Source: Mobula hypostoma
Lineage: Eukaryota
Direction of reading: 5' to 3'
DNA length: 64,000 nucleotides
Assembly (NCBI RefSeq): GCF_963921235.1
Contig: NC_086101.1
Coordinates: forward strand, 4,342,001-4,406,000
The position numbers were made by a program, and so were the translations under genes. This document shows positions 26,413 to 37,389 of the stretch, piece after piece; position 1 is the stretch's first letter; every line of letters starts with the position of its first letter. The notes beneath the pieces were generated by a model that made no database searches, was not told the origin of the DNA, and saw only the letters and a program-made list of their open reading frames with translations.

Positions 26413-27550
26413 CAGTGGCATGCAAAAGTCTGGGCACCCCTGGTCAAAATTTCTGTTACTGTGAATAGCTAAGCGAGTAAAAGATGAACTGATTTCCAAA
26501 AGGCGTAAAATTAAAGATGATGCATTTCTTTAATATTTTTAGAAAGAAAACTTTTTTATTTCCATCTTCTACAGTTTCAAAATAACAAAAAAGGAAAAGG
26601 GCCCCAAGCAAAAGTTTGGGCACCCTGCATGGTCAGTACTTAGTAACACCCCCTTTGGTAAATATCACAGTTTGTAAATGCTTTCAGTAGCCAGCTAAGA
26701 GTCTTTCAATTCTTGTTTGGGGGATTTTCGCCCATTCTTCCTTGCAAAAGGCTTCTAGTTCTGTGAGATTCTTGGGCCGTCTTGCATGCACTGCTCTTTT
26801 GAGGTCTATCCACAGATTCTCGATGATGTTTAGGTCGGGCGACCGTGAGGATCATGGCAAAACCTTCAGCTTGCGCCTCTTGAGGTAGTCCCTTGTGGAT
26901 TTTGAGGTGTGTTTAGGATCATTATCGTGTTGTAGAAGACATCCTCTTTTCATCTTCGGCTTTTTTACAGACGGTGTGACGTTTGCTTCCAGAATTTGCT
27001 GGTATTTAATTGAATTCATTCTTCTCTCTACCAGTAAATGTTCCCCATGCCACTGGCTGCAACACAAGCCCAAAGTGTGATTGATCCATCCCTGTGCTTA
27101 ACAGTTGGAGAGGTGTTCTTTTCATGAAATTCTGCACCTTTTTTCTCCAAACATACCTTTGCTCATTGTGGCCAAAAAGTGCTGTTCAAAAGGTTCAAAG
27201 CAACAACTAAACAAGCCTGATACATTTTGGAAACAAGTCCTGTGGACTGATGAAGTTAAAATACAACTTTTTATTAGCTACGAAAAGTGTTTACAAGCTG
27301 TAATACTTGCCAAAGGAAGTGTTACTAAGTACCGCTCAAACTTTTGCTTCGGGCTCTTTTCCTTTTTCGTTATTTTGAAACTGTAAAAGATGGAAATAAA
27401 AAGGTTTTCTTGCTTAAAATACAAATGTATTAAAGAAATGTGTCATCTTTAACTTTATGCCTTTTGGAAATCTGTTCATCTTTTACTCGCTTAGCTATTC
27501 ACAGTAACAGAAATTCTGACCGGGGTGCCCAAACTTTTGCATGCCACCCG
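26413..27550. mobile_element. Second Tc1 family, rearranged non-autonomous copy with TA TSD
   Basis: TIRs cagtggcatgcaaaagtctgggcacccc / ggggtgcccaaacttttgcatgccacccg flanked by TA; transposase pieces on both strands. Confidence 0.88.
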
Positions 27551-27668
27551 TATAAGCGACATTTCAATGGCAAACTCTGCCATTGTTATAATTAGTTATA
27601 ATCGATACCTGTGCCTGCCTGGAAGTGACAAGACTTTGCCCTCTTTGCCTCTCTTTGCCCTCCTGTAG

Positions 27669-27832
27669 GACTCATCAAGAGGCAGAAACCGGAGAGGTTG
27701 GGGCCAGAGTCCATGAAGGGAAACAGCCTCCTGAAGGAAGAAATGGTCAAGGAAATCACTCCACTGGGATCCATCCGGGGAGGTCATGGAGCAAGGGTTG
27801 ACGGCAGCCCAGTGGCCGGTGCTGTGACTCTG
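27669..27832 (+). CDS. EHMT2: EHMT2 exon (phase 1-0, 164 nt): (G)LIKRQKPERLG...AGAVTL
   Basis: ctctttgccctcctgtag acceptor; the CTG|gtgggt donor gives the phase needed for the next exon; LIKRQK resembles human LAKRRK. Confidence 0.72.
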
Positions 27833-27869
27833 GTGGGTAACTGAATACACTCTTGTATGCTTCTCAGGA

Positions 27870-29250
27870 CCGTAAGACATAGCAGTGGAATTAGGCCATT
27901 CTGCACCGCCATTCCATGATGGCTGATTTATTATCCCTCTCAACCCCATTACCCTAACCTTTCATGCCCTTACTAACTTATTAACCTTCACTTTAAATAT
28001 ACCCAATGACTTGACCTTCACAACCATCTGTGACAATGAGTTCCACAAATTCACCACCTTCTGGGTAAGTGAATTCTTCCTTATCTCTGTTCTAAAGGAA
28101 TGTCCTATTCTGAGTGCATCCTAGACTCTTCCACTATAGGAAACTTCCACTCTTGTCTTTCAGTAAAGTATAAAGCAGAGGCATCCGTTAGTCTTGCGAG
28201 ACCGTGGATCTGCGCCTGGAAAGTCTTCACTCTCCAGGGCACAGGCCTGGGCAAGGTTGCGTGGAAGATTAGCAGTTGCCCATGCTGCAAGTCTCCCCTC
28301 TCCACAACACCAATGTTGTCCAAGGGAAGGGCATTAGGACGCATACAGCTTGGCACCAGTGTCGTCGCAGAGCAATGTGTGATTAAGTGCCTTGTTCAAG
28401 GACACAACACGTTCCCTCGGCTGGGACTCAAACTCACGGCCTTCAGGTCGCTAGTCCAGTGCCTTAACCACTTAGCCACGTGCCCACACAGTATTCGTTA
28501 GGTTTCAGTGAGATACCCCCTCCCCTCAGTCTGAACTCCAGGGAGTTCAGGCCCAGAACCATCAAATGCTCGTCATACGTTAATCCTTTCAATTTCAGGA
28601 TCATTGTCGTGAACCTCCTCTGAATCTTCTTTAAAGCCAGCACATCATTTCTTTAATAAGTAGGGGAGTTTTTTGCATAGTAGGGGAATTAAAGGTTATG
28701 GGGAAAAGGCAGGTAGGTGGAGAAGAGCCCATGGCCAGATCAGCCTTGACCTTACTGAACAGCAGAACAGGCTCGACAGGCCAGATGCCTACCCCCGCTC
28801 CTGTTTCTTATGTTTTTATGTTCTTATAAGGGGCCCAAAACTGCTCACGATACTCCTAATGTGGTCTGACCAATTCCTTATAAAGCTTCGGCTACATCCT
28901 TTTGTATTCTATTCTTCTTTTAATGAATGCGAGCATTGCATATCCATTCCTTACCACCAATTTAGCCTGCAAGTTTACCTTTAGGATATCCTGCACAAGG
29001 ATTCCCAAGTCTCTTTGCATCTCTGATTTCTGAATTTTCTTCCTGTTTTGAATAGTCTGCACATTTATTCCTTCTACCAATGTGCATGACCATGCACTTC
29101 CCGACACTGTATTCCATCTGCCATTTCTTTGCCTATTCTCCCAACCCATCTTAAGTCCTTCTGCATGCTCCCTGCTTCCTCAACACTACCTGGTCCTTTT
29201 GGATTGTCCACAAACTTGGTCACAAAGTCATCAGTTCCGTCACCCAGATA
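27870..29250 (-). mobile_element. Degenerate CR1 3' portion with nested SINE
   Basis: QRDLGILVQDILKVNLQ; FPIVEESR; CR1 3' UTR at ~27870. Confidence 0.75.
28170..28490 (-). mobile_element. tRNA-derived SINE
   Basis: - strand 5' end gtgtgggcacgTGGCTAAGTGGttaagg..gGTTTGAGTCCCagc has Pol III A and B boxes; interrupts a CR1. Confidence 0.75.
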
Positions 29251-30172
29251 ATGGAGTGTGGTTTTACCCAGTTAAAGTGGGAATCACACTCTGAACTCAA
29301 TTACAGGGTTCCCCAGTCATTAGCTGTAGCCATATGCTTCCTGTCCATGTTCACCTTTCACCCTGAACGTATGTCCTCTTGCTCTAGTCTCACCCAACCT
29401 CAGTGTTTTTTGATTGTCCCCACAGATCATTTCATCACGTGAGGTAGTACAAGGGAAAACAATAACACAATGCAGAATAAAGTGTTACAGGTACAGAGAA
29501 AGGCAGACAATAAGTTGTAAGGTCATAACGAGGTAGACTGTGAGGTCAAGTGTTCTAGGGAAATGCTGAGTCCTGTGAAAACAGCAGGGTAAAAGCTGTC
29601 CTTGAGCCTGATGCTGCTTGTTTTCAGATTTTTGTATTTCGTGCCCAGCGGAAGAGGGGAAAAGAGAGAATGTCCAGATGGGTGGGATCTTTGATGATGC
29701 TGGTTGCTTTACTGAGTCAAAGAAAGCATAGACAAGAGTCCATGGAGGGGAGGCTAATTTATGTAATGTACTTCGCTGTGTCTACAGCTCTGCACTTACT
29801 TGTGTTCCTGGGAACAATAGTTGTCATACCCAGCTGTGATGCATCCTGATTACGTGCTTTCTATGGTGCATCGATAATGTTATTGAGGGCCAAAGCCGAC
29901 AAACAGATTTCTTTTAACCTCCGGAGGAAGACGAGGTACTGGTGAGCTTTCTTGACCATGACTCCTTTGTGGTTGGCCCAACAGCCATTGGTGCTATTCT
30001 CTTGAAGCCCTCGGCCCTCTTGACAAACATTCCCAGCAGAAGGGTGGCCAAGCTGGACTGGCAGGGAAGTTATCCAGTAAATTCGACGCTGGGGAGCTGT
30101 TATATTGAGCAGCCGTTGACGAGGGGGCAATAGGGAAAACTGAACACCAACAGTCTGTGCAATTTTTTGCAG

Positions 30173-30400
30173 GGTTTGGGCGACACACTGAATAGGGTCC
30201 AAGCCCAGGAGGTGAAGGCAGTCACGAGTGGGGCCAGTTCCATTCCAATGCTGGACCTCTCCAAGGACGGGGAGACTGAGGACAAGGGAGGGGTTGTGGA
30301 ATCCATGGACGACTGGGACGCAGAGGTCGGCGATGACTTCAGTCTCTTTTATGACAGCTACTCTGTGGATGGGAGAGCAGACTCCGACAAGTCCAGCAAG
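30173..30400 (+). CDS. EHMT2: EHMT2 exon (phase 0-0, 228 nt): ...WDAEVGDDFSLFYDSYSVDGRADSDKSSK
   Basis: ttttttgcag acceptor, AAG|gtgagc donor; matches G9a WETVVGDDFSLYYDSYSVD. Confidence 0.92.
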
Positions 30401-30419
30401 GTGAGCCCAATTCTTTGAC

Positions 30420-31510
30420 CCCTGACATCGCTCCCTCCCTCCCTTCCCCCACCAGCCCCGTGCCCCTTTCTTTACCACACTCCCTCACTCATTCCCACCC
30501 TTTTGCTAGACCTCTCCCTCTTTCTCCCTCCCCTCTCCCCTTCCTTCCCTCCCCCTCTCTCCTCTTCTCTCCTTCCTCCTCCCACTCTAATCCTTCCCTA
30601 TGCCTCCCTCCCAATGGCCACCCTCCGATTCGATGCCTCTGTCTCACTTCACTCCTCCTTCCCTACCTTCCTCTTCTCATCTCCTTCCTCCCTCGCCCCC
30701 CTTGCTTCCCTCTCCTCCCCCTTCCTTCTCCCCATCCACCTCCCTACCTTCTCCTTCATTCCCCCAACTCTGTTCCTCTCTTTCGCTCCCACTTCCCATC
30801 GGCCCTCTCCTCCCATTTCCCCTCCCTGCTTCCCTCTCTCTCCCCTCCTACTCCTCTCCCCATTCTTTCCCACACTTCACTTGCTCAATCCTCTTCTCTC
30901 TACTTTGCATCTCTCTGACTTCTATTCCAACATCTGTTTGCTCCTCGCTTGTCTTTCTCTGACATCAACTTTCTCCCCACTCTCTTTGTCTCTTCCCTGA
31001 CTTCTCCCTCTCTCCATCCCCATCCCCCTCCTCCCCATCCACCTCTCCCTCCCGCCTTCCCCTTCCACCCTCCCCTCCATCTCCCCTTCCGCCTCCCCTC
31101 CCACCCCCTTCTGCCCTCCACCCCACTCCCCTTCCCTCTCCCTCCCTCTCCCCATCCTTCTCCCTCCCCATCCCCCTCACCCTCCCACCTCCCCTTCCAC
31201 CCTCCACCCCACTCCCCTTCTGCCCTCCCCTTCCCCTCTCCCTCCTTCCCCTCTCTCTCCTCCTCTCTCCCTTCTGCCCCTCTCTCCTAACCTTTCCACC
31301 CGCCACCCCTCTCCTTGCCCTTTACCCACCCCTTCACCCCCCGCTCCATTTTGCTCCCTCTATCTTGCTCTCTTCGTTCCACTCTTTTTTCCTTTTCACA
31401 CCCTGTCCTCCTTATTCCCCCATTCCCCCTTCCCCCTTCTGCTCTTCATCAGTGCCTCCTTCCCCATGTTACCCCTCCACACCCCCCTCCCCACCCTTCG
31501 TTCTTCTGAG
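30420..31510 (+). repeat. ~1.1-kb C/T-rich low-complexity tract
   Basis: Almost purely pyrimidine on + strand; the ORFs here are Pro/Ser/Leu or Gly/Arg/Glu artefacts. Confidence 0.95.
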
Positions 31511-31656
31511 GGGAAACAGGGTCTGTTGTGATTTTCACTGAGCAAACCACCTCTTACCAGGGACAGCAGCAGGCCCAAGGTTTGTGGGCTCTTCTCCCCC
31601 CACCTGGCTCTCCTTTGTTAGACAGACATATCACCTGACAATGTTTCCTTTTCCAG

Positions 31657-31743
31657 ACCGAGGGTGACATAGGAGAGGACCGACTTAGTGATGTAGAAGA
31701 TGACGAGGAGGAATTGGAAGGTTCTGGAAACCTCTCTGACAGG
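31657..31743 (+). CDS. EHMT2: EHMT2 exon (phase 0-0, 87 nt), acidic segment TEGDIGEDRLSDVEDDEEELEGSGNLSDR
   Basis: tttccttttccag acceptor, AGG|gtatgt donor; ends like human ESGNQSDR. Confidence 0.9.
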
Positions 31744-33504
31744 GTATGTTCCTGGCACGTGATATCTCCTGGCAGGGTTTTTAAAGATGAGCTTTATTTG
31801 TCACATGTACATTGAAGTATACAGTGGAATGTGTCGTTTGCATCAACAGTCCGAGGATGTGTTGGGGGCAGCTTGCAAGTATTGCCATTCTTCCGACTTA
31901 CTAACCCTAACCTGTACACCTTTGGGCCCTGGGGCACACAGAGGAAACCTAAGCAGTTATGGGGGAGCATACGAACAGCAGTGGGAATTGAACCCCAGTT
32001 GTTGCCACTGTAAAGCGTGATGCCCATTGCTACGCTAACGTGACTCAAAGCTGCAACTCCCCTCACGGTATCAGATACCTGGGTCTAAGGGATGGGGAGG
32101 TGGTGCAGCAATCTAAAAGCATTACCCCCTATCTAAACTAATTGGGAAATCTGAAATTGCTCTCTGCTGAAAGGCAGAACCACAGTCAGGTTTAATGTCA
32201 CTGGCATTCTGATGAGGGAGAGGGAGAAGTGGACAGCCCATCATCGTGCCCGACACCGGCCCCCTTAGGCCTGAGTCGACATAGTAGGAGTAGTAGTAGT
32301 AGTGGCATAGTTCACGAAGTTTGTTGTTTTGCGGCAGCAGTACAATATATAAAAATAAAAACTATAAACTCCAGTAAGTATTTATGAAAAATAGTTTAAG
32401 TAAGTAGTGCAAAAAGAGAGGGAAAGAATACCGAGGTAGTGTACATGGGTTCATTGTCCATTCAGAAGTCTGATGGCGAAGGGGAAGAAACTGTGTCTTC
32501 ACCACCACCTTGATACCAATGAGAAGAGGGCATGGCCTGGGTGATGGATGCTGCCTTGTGAAGATGTCCCAGTTGCTCGGGAGGCTCGTGCCCATGATGG
32601 AAATGGCTGAGTTTGCAACTTTTGCGGCTTACTTCTATCCTGTGTGGTGGCCCCTCTATGCTAGACGGCGGTGCAATCAGTTAGAATGCTCCCCACAGTA
32701 TGTCTGTAGGTGTCTGGTGACATACAAATTCTCCTCACTCTCCTAATGAAGTATAGTCACTGTCATGCCCTCTTTGTAATTGTGTCAATATGTTGGGCCC
32801 AGGATAGATGGTGACATCCAAGAACTTGAAACTGCTCGTCCTTTTTCAGTTCTGATTCCTTGATGAGTACTGGTGTGTGGTTAGGCTGAAGTTAACGATG
32901 CAGTTTATTTATTTAGAGATTTTAGCAGCACAGTAACAGGTCATTCTGGCCCATCAAGCCCACACCACCCAGTTACACTGTATATAACCAGCTACCCCAT
33001 ATGTTTCTGTAATGTGGGAGGGAACTGGAGCACCTCGGGGAAACCCACATGGTCACATGGAGAACGTACAAACAGCGGTAGGAATTGAACCGGGGTTGCT
33101 AGCGCTGTAAAGTGTTACGCTAACTACTACGCTTGCGTGCCGCCAGGTCCCTCCCTCTGTTTTATTATTATTGGCAGTTGACTGCATCTACTCTAGTGAA
33201 GGGTAATGTGGGGGGAGAGGACTGTTAGGCAATACTAGTGGCCGAGCTAGAGGCCATCGGTGAAGGGTGAGAGGGATCATTTTCACTGAGGGGCTGGTGA
33301 GAATGTGGAATGAGCCAGTGGAAGTGGTGGATGCAGATTTGATTTCAAGATTTAAGAGAAGTTTGGTGAGTACATGGATGGGAGGGCCATGGAGGGCTTG
33401 GGTCCAGGTGCAGGTCAATGGGACTAGGCAGAATAACAGTTCGGCACAGACTCGATGGCCCATATGGTCTGCTTCTGTGCTGTAGTGCTCTATGATTTTA
33501 TGAG

Positions 33505-34092
33505 CTAGTTAAATTGCCCACACTGATCACAACATCCCCAATGACCATATTGACTACACTGACCATGCTGACCCCTGTACCGACCTAACCACCCACTCTG
33601 CCCGTTCCGTCGGGACTGTCCACACCAGGTACACCATCCATGTTTGCCACTCTGACTGCTGTCTTGTCTCCATACCGATCTAACCTCCCACTCTGCCTGT
33701 TCTTTCTGGACTGTCCACACTGTCTGCACTGTCCATGTTAGCCACACGGACTCTTACCTCATTTCCACAAGATTCCAGCTCTATAGTGATCTATAGTGTT
33801 CCGTCTATACTGTTCATACCAGCTACACCATCTATGTTCACTGTACTGACCGCTGCCTGGTCTCTGCAGAGCTCCTGCTCTATATCGATCTGACCACCCA
33901 CTCTGCCCGTTCCGTCTGGACTGTCCATGTTCACTAAACTGATCACAACATCCCCAATGACCATATTGACTACACTGACCATGCTGACCCCTGTACCGAC
34001 CTAACCACCCACTCTGCCCGTTCTGTCGGGACTGTCCGCACTGGTTGCACTGTCTTATCTTCACCACACTGACTGCAGTCTCATCTCTGCAG
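33505..34092 (+). repeat. Degenerate local duplication array upstream of exon 34093
   Basis: ~100-bp near-identical direct repeats at 33522-33625 and 33938-34041, plus shorter repeated units. Confidence 0.85.
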
Positions 34093-34210
34093 AGCTCCAG
34101 CTCTAGTCTGAAGAGAAAAGGGAAGAAGAAGTGGAGGAGTGAGAGCCCTTGGGTGAAACCCAGCCGGAAACGCAGGCGCAAAGACCGTGTGAAGCCAGGG
34201 AAAGGAGGAG
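34093..34210 (+). CDS. EHMT2: EHMT2 exon (phase 0-1, 118 nt), basic/NLS segment KRKGKKKWRSESPWVKPSRKRRRKD
   Basis: ctctgcag acceptor, G|gtaggt donor; matches KKKWRKDSPWVKPSRKRRKRE. Confidence 0.93.
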
Positions 34211-34616
34211 GTAGGTATGTGTGTAACCAGGAGCCCTGCCAGGCACTGTGCTGCACCATTTCCTTGTGCTCGTGAAACTTCTCATTGGTTGTCTTCCTGC
34301 CTTTGGCTCCCCCCCACCCCACCCAGCAGATTCGAAATGAGCGGCCTCGCGAGTTGTCCAGTCAGCTTTTCATTTCACCCAGCTCAGATGTTTCCCAAAG
34401 GGAGCAACAAAGACTTCCTTCTCATGGATTTAACTCCACTCATGAATGTTCCTATGATTTTAAAAATTAGCTTTATTGGTCACATTTATATCAAAACATA
34501 GTGAAATGCGAGATTTGTGTCAATGACGGACACAGTCTGAGGAAGTTTTGTGGGCAGGCCGCATGTCTCGCTACACTTCTGGTGCCAACATAGCGTGTCC
34601 ACAACTTACTAACTCC

Positions 34617-35045
34617 ATGAGAATAGGTTGAGTGAACTTGGCCTTTTCCCCTTGGAGTGACGGAGGATGAGAGGTGACCTGATAGAGATGTACAAGATAA
34701 TGAGAGGCAATGATCGTGTGGATAGTCGGAGGCTTTTCCCCAGGGCTGAAATGGCTAGCACGAGAGGACATAGTTTTAATGTGCTTGGAAGTAGGTACAG
34801 AGGAGATGTCAGGGGTAAGTTTTTTACACAGAGTGGTGAGTGCGTTGAATGGGCTGCCGGCGGTGGTAGTGGAGGCGGAAACGTTAGGGTCTTTTAAGAG
34901 ACTCCTGGATGGCTGCATGGAGCTTAGAAAAATAGAGGGCTATGGGTAAAACCTAGGTATTTCTAAGGTAGGCACATGTTCGGCACAGCTTTGTGGGCTG
35001 GAGGGCCTGTATTGTGCTGTATGTTTTTTCTGTTTCTATGTTTTT
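34617..35045 (+). mobile_element. CR1 3' fragment nested in a SINE; further CR1 3' pieces at ~33265-33495, 35945-36370, 39085-39480, 63450-63640
   Basis: MRGDLIEMYKIMRG..FPRAEM; CR1 tail. Confidence 0.85.
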
Positions 35046-36589
35046 CTAACTCAAATGTCTTGGGAATGTGGTTGAAAAGCAGGGCACCTGGAGGAGCCAG
35101 GAACTCGGGTCGCTGACGCTGTAAAACGTTATGCTGACTGCTGTGGTACCATGCCGCACCGTACCCTGAGGCAGCAGTGCCCAGGAGGGACAGTTTGTGA
35201 TGGTGTCCTGGGGACTGGGTATACTGGAAGGAATTCAAAAGTAAGGGTTATAAATCAAGGTTGATTGGGATATGAATGAGATGAAGGAGAGACAAGGCAG
35301 AAACCCTTACCACATTTCACTAGATCTTAGTATGTCTTTGGTTCCTTAAGGCTGTCATAGTCGAGGAAGAGGCAGGGGGGTGTAGTAGGGATACGATCCC
35401 ATTACCTTTTAAATGCTGCAGGTGGCATGAGTATCAAATAGCCTCTGACAACCAAGTCCAGCTCCTGGCCTTTGCATGTAGCTTAGCCACTAAGCCAAAT
35501 AGATTCGTTTCTACTGACAGGAGAAGGGGCAAAGGTGGGTTACTGTCGCCTTAGAACCACTCGCTTCAGGAAATGGAGCTTATCAGCCGTGTTTGGTAGC
35601 TCATTTAGGAGAAGGAAAACTGCCTTGTGGCTATACCCACTCATGGGGGAAGTCTTTGGAAGTAAACACCGAGGGAAAGGGAAAAATGCGGAGCTGGAGT
35701 CCCTAATGCAGCCCAACGTTGAGTTCAACGCGGACTGACAATCCTGCAACTGCCCTGGTGCCAAACTATTATCAGTCCCTGCCATTCATTTGGATTCATC
35801 AGAAGGGGAGTCTGCTGCTTGCTCTCCATATCATACCACCCCGGCTTTCGCACTGGCTTACGTATCAAATGTAGACAGCTGGAAAGCGATATCCATGATC
35901 GAGGGCTTCGAAAGACTCTCCTTGCACCCATTGTTGGATTCATCTTGGATAAAGCAAGAGATTGCTTGATTATACAGATTGGTATATGTCTGCGAGGTAA
36001 TATTGCATGCAGCTTTATAAGCTCTGGTTGGACCACACTTGGGATGTTGTGTTCAGCTCTGGTCACCTCATTATAGGAAGGGTGTGAGAGCTTTAGAGAG
36101 AGTGCAGAGGAGATTTACCAGGATGCTGCGTGGGTTAGAGAACATGTCTTATGAGGATAGGTTGCACAAGCTAGGACTTTGCTCTTAGGAGAGAAGGCGG
36201 ACAGGAGTTGACTTGATAGAGGTGTGCACAACAAGAGCCATGGATCAAATGGACAGCCAGAGACTTTCCCAGGGTGGAAATGGCTAATATGAGGATCATT
36301 AATTTTAAGGTGACTGGAAGAAAGTAGAGGGGGATGTCAGAGGTGCTTATTACACAGAGAATGGTGGGTGCCTTGGGGACATTTGGAGACTGAGGCCTGG
36401 GTATCTGCTGCTGGATTCTGATATTTCTAATCCAAGGTTCTTTTTGGAAGTCAGGAAAGAGGCACAAAGCATGATCATCTTATTATGGTGTTAATAAGAA
36501 AGCTGAAAAACAGACAGTGATGGTGGTCTGATAAGTGACGAGAGAGAAAGAGAAGATGGCACTACTTCACGGTCGGCTCTTTTTACGCA

Positions 36590-36985
36590 CATAGGTATGA
36601 AACGAAGTGTTGGGGTGGAGATGCGTCTCTTCCAAAGGAGGTATAAGGCACTCTTTCTCTCCGCTAGCCTACAGATTACCCTTGGGCAAGGTGTGGCACC
36701 TGCCTCGCCCCCCCCCCCCCGATCAGGGTCGCGTGAAGTCGTAGGAGCAGGTGGTGGATGGTCGTACAAGCAGCTAAAGTGTATCACAAGTCCAGGTTAT
36801 GTGACCACTGACGCCAGGCAGACGATCTCTGAAGAGTATTGATAATGGCTGGGGCCACCCGTCTTGTAAAGACACTCTCCAGAAGAAGGCAGTGGCTAAC
36901 CACTTCTATAGAAAAGTTTGCCAAGAGCAATCACGGTCAACGACCATGATCGGTTACGTCATACGACGCGGTACATATGGTGATA
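36590..36985 (+). repeat. Probable RTE-related short interspersed repeat; similar class at ~35410-35890 and ~62320-62850
   Basis: Interspersed-repeat-like composition, tgataataag tail; family assignment tentative. Confidence 0.4.
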
Positions 36986-37281
36986 ATAAGATAAGAAACA
37001 TTCCGTTCAGAATTGCAGATAAGAGTCAGCCACTCAGATACCCCTGTTCAAATAATGCAAAACTAGAGAAACTTCCAGAACTTTCCAGAATCGTACAAAT
37101 GGAACCAGTATATGTGTATACTGTGGCTACTAGGAAGCATACTAAATAGTTAAATTAATGTAAGTACTTTGAAAAATTTGAGCAGATAATTATTTGTTAA
37201 ACTGCAAAGAAAATAACAATTAAACAGTCTATTCCAACACTGCTGACCACCTTCAACTGAAGATCGTGTCTTCCTCTTCAG

Positions 37282-37389
37282 CATTGAATTCAACGGGAGG
37301 AGGTAACCAGGCACAGAGCGAGTACACGGAGGTCCCTCTGGGCTCCTTGGATCTTCCCAATGACAGCAGCCTTTCTCCACAACCCACAG
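37282..37389 (+). CDS. EHMT2: EHMT2 exon (phase 1-1, 108 nt), equivalent of mammalian alternatively spliced exon 10: SEYTEVPLGSLDLPNDSSLSPQPT
   Basis: ttcctcttcag acceptor, AG|gtatca donor; matches SEYMEVPLGSLELPSEGTLSP. Confidence 0.92.

Noticed and set aside
28410..28490. tRNA-like A/B boxes as a tRNA gene
   Set aside because: No complete cloverleaf; continues into a SINE body inserted in a CR1.
30415..31578. Many overlapping 60-170 aa ORFs
   Set aside because: Artefacts of C/T low-complexity sequence.
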